Source of the DNA: an uncultured Veillonellaceae bacterium
GTDB lineage: Bacteria; Bacillota; Negativicutes; JARBTT01
Reading direction: 5' to 3'
Assembly (NCBI GenBank): GCA_963805085.1
Contig: CAWDTA010000002.1
Span: forward strand, 1,408,001 to 1,472,000
Length of the DNA stretch: 64,000 nt
A program made the translations under genes and the position numbers. Under the pieces are notes generated by a model, which saw only the letters and a program-made list of their open reading frames with translations, made no database searches and had not been told where the DNA came from. Shown here in pieces: positions 62,067 through 64,000 of the stretch. How positions within the stretch are numbered: the stretch's first letter is position 1; every line of letters starts with the position of its first letter.

Positions 62067-62636
62067 ATGTTTCAGATTTATTTGTGGCAATTTGCCTTTA
62101 GAGGAGTGTTTATTATTTTCAAGATAACCAAAAGTGCTATACCTAATTCATTGACTCTTGCCAATTTAGGGTGTGGTATTATGTCTATAATGATGTTATT
62201 CCAGTTGAACTATATATGGTCTGCCATTTTTATATTATTAGCATGCCTTGCAGATCGATATGATGGATTTGTTGCTAGATGGCTAAATGTGTCAGGTGAA
62301 TTAGGAAAAGAGCTTGATTCTCTTGCGGATGTAGTTTCTTTTGGGGTTGCGCCGTCTATACTTGCTTTTAATCTCTATGGATTTTCAGAATTGGGGATTT
62401 GGGGGTATTTATTGTTATTGTTATTCCCGCTGGCTGGTGCGTATAGGTTAGCCAGATTCAATGTTACTGAATTTGACGGAGAATTTTATGGTATTCCTAT
62501 AACTTTCGCTGGTATGTTTATGGCATTATATTGCCTAGCTACGGTAAAATACTTATTGCCATTAGGAGTTACAGCAATATTAATGATTGCTCTATCTTAC
62601 CTTATGGTTTGCAAGCATAAATTTAAAAAGTTTTAA
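62067..62636 (+). CDS. pssA: CDP-diacylglycerol-serine O-phosphatidyltransferase (start uncertain)
   Basis: IPNSLTLANL, D.YDG.VAR, GKELDSLADVVSFGVAP, RLARFN. Confidence 0.88.
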   Translation: MFQIYLWQFAFRGVFIIFKITKSAIPNSLTLANLGCGIMSIMMLFQLNYIWSAIFILLACLADRYDGFVARWLNVSGELGKELDSLADVVSFGVAPSILAFNLYGFSELGIWGYLLLLLFPLAGAYRLARFNVTEFDGEFYGIPITFAGMFMALYCLATVKYLLPLGVTAILMIALSYLMVCKHKFKKF

Positions 62637-62702
62637 AAATGTAAAAGGTAGTTGTGGAATCAACAAGTAAATTTTTGTCTGTTTAAATTTTGACAAATCG
62701 TT

Positions 62703-62825
62703 AAATAGAATATAAACACTAAAAAGGAAACTCCTGCTGAATTTTGTATTAATTTGGCAGGAGTTTTGAGCTTTTATGAGAATATGTAAGTTTAATGTGA
62801 AAAGTTAATGGCAAGGTGACAGAAA
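62703..62825 (+). repeat. Array element cut by IS110
   Basis: Core 62728-62766; tail stops at GTGACAGAAA. Confidence 0.93.
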
Positions 62826-64000
62826 CCTGCTAATAAAAATCAATAGTTTTTCAATAAAAATTTCTGAATATATTTTATTGAAAAAAGGGCATGGCTAAGC
62901 AGTCCGGTTAAATTATAAAACCGGATTTTAGATGTTTATTGCAATTAACCTGCTATTGTCTCTTTTACTCGTGTATAATAAATTCTTAGAAATTTATTCA
63001 ACCCTGCAATTTTAGCAACTTTTTTAGGTTTACCTTCTGCCTCTTTCTTAAGAATATATCTGTATACAGCATTATCATAATCTGGTTTGACTGTCTTTAA
63101 ACACTTCATAACTTCATATCCTGTTTTACGTAAAATAGACGAGCCACGCTTAGAAATTTTTCTTTTTGTTGCTGTAAATCGCCCGGATTCATAAGGTGGT
63201 GTATCAAGACCTGCATATGCAATTAAAGAGCTCCCGTTATGAAACCTACGTACATCTCCGATTTCGGCAATCAAACGTAGTGCTAATTTGTCACCGACAC
63301 CCGGCATTGCACGAACAATGCTGTATTCTTTCAAACTCTTTGCTAACTCATTCATTCGTGCTAAAATATTGTGTAAGGACTTCTCTGTTTGGAGAAGTAC
63401 CTTGACAGCTTCTTGTACGAGCATTTTGGTCGATGGCGTACTGGAAGGCAATGTTGGGATACCTGTTTAGGCTAAAGCATATATTTGATGTGCTTTTTTC
63501 TCATTAGCTTGGTATCCCTTTTTACTTGCCCATTTCACATACGTATCTACAAAATGTTTTTCTCCTTTGTTAGTGATTATGTCATAATGCCAGAATCTAA
63601 ACGCAAAATCTCCGATTTTATTATGAGAAAAATCATCTGAATGACTTTTAAGTAAGTCCTTGATTTCTGGCATCGTACGATCAAGCATACAAGTAAGAGT
63701 AATTTTAGACTTTACATACATTCCCATGAATTGAATGTACTGACGCCCCAGTATTTTTAATTCATCATATATTTTTTCATCAGGACGGTAATCGGTTAAA
63801 TCAAACCAATGGTCAATACCGAAGTTAGCAATTCTGCCAGCATCTATTTTATCCGTCTTTGCTTTACGCAATGAAACATTGATATATTTTTTCATAACTA
63901 AAGGATTAACTACCGAAACAAAGATACCGTTTTCTTTCATAAACGCTAGAATGGGCAGATGATAATAGCCAGTTGCCTCCAATACAACACGTGTTTCCTC
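62826..64000 (-). mobile_element. IS110-family element; transposase interrupted by in-frame TAA (63467-63469); continues beyond window
   Basis: EATG.YH, VNP, KTDKIDA; PGVG...IAEIGD..RF, AYAGL.P..ESG, ISKRG; the two ORFs are in the same frame. Confidence 0.9.

Larger units (their letters stand above)
3619..62825 (+). repeat. Array of about 35-40 co-oriented 130-250 bp elements separating gene blocks
   Basis: Same consensus with hairpin AAACTCCTGCTGAATTC-TGTAT-GAATTTGGCAGGAGTTT found repeatedly, always on +; copies listed individually. Confidence 0.95.

Noticed and set aside
3619-62825. CRISPR array
   Set aside because: Repeats exceed 100 bp, spacers are gene-sized and irregular, and no cas genes are present
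3619-62825. Classical integron with attC sites
   Set aside because: No intI in the window, no consistent RYYYAAC/GTTRRRY ends at gene boundaries, and cargo occurs in both orientations
3619-62825. Ordinary rho-independent terminators only
   Set aside because: Conservation extends about 100 bp beyond the hairpin and orientation is fixed regardless of gene direction; a terminator role remains possible as a secondary function
749-63470. Short ORFs antisense to or nested in clear genes (e.g. 749-1105, 2678-3088, 8804-9142, 12380-12847, 22620-23378, 49134-49466)
   Set aside because: Shadow frames without RBS or recognisable motifs
1-64000. tRNA, rRNA or known riboswitches
   Set aside because: No convincing signature seen by eye; an Rfam/tRNAscan run would be needed to exclude them

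Overview
AT-rich bacterial DNA whose gene content and Shine-Dalgarno style look like an anaerobic, spore-forming Firmicute (Negativicutes/Clostridia-like; this is inference). It holds about 50 functionally unrelated accessory genes and many pseudogenes: regulators, redox enzymes, hydrolases, padR/padC, coaA, a cat-like acetyltransferase, pssA and an IS110. No rRNA, tRNA or CRISPR/cas was seen. The dominant structure is non-coding. A 130-250 bp element recurs roughly 35-40 times (counted by eye, full and partial copies), always in the same orientation, and splits the window into blocks of one to a few genes lying in either orientation. Its consensus is AAATAGAATATAAACACTAAAAAGG-AAACTCCTGCTGAATTC TGTAT GAATTTGGCAGGAGTTT-TGAGCTTTTATGAGAATATGTAAGTTTAATATCAAAAAGTTGATGGCAAGGT-GACRGAAAAGGAACGTCCCCNCCTGTC. 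It has a covarying 17-bp hairpin and REP-like inverted ends. Several cargo segments are gene fragments cut at REP-like motifs. The array also carries three candidate type I toxin-antitoxin modules, an IS110 and group II intron pieces at element ends. My reading is a candidate integron/CRISPR-like gene-capture array. No recombinase or transposase that could drive it is visible in the window.
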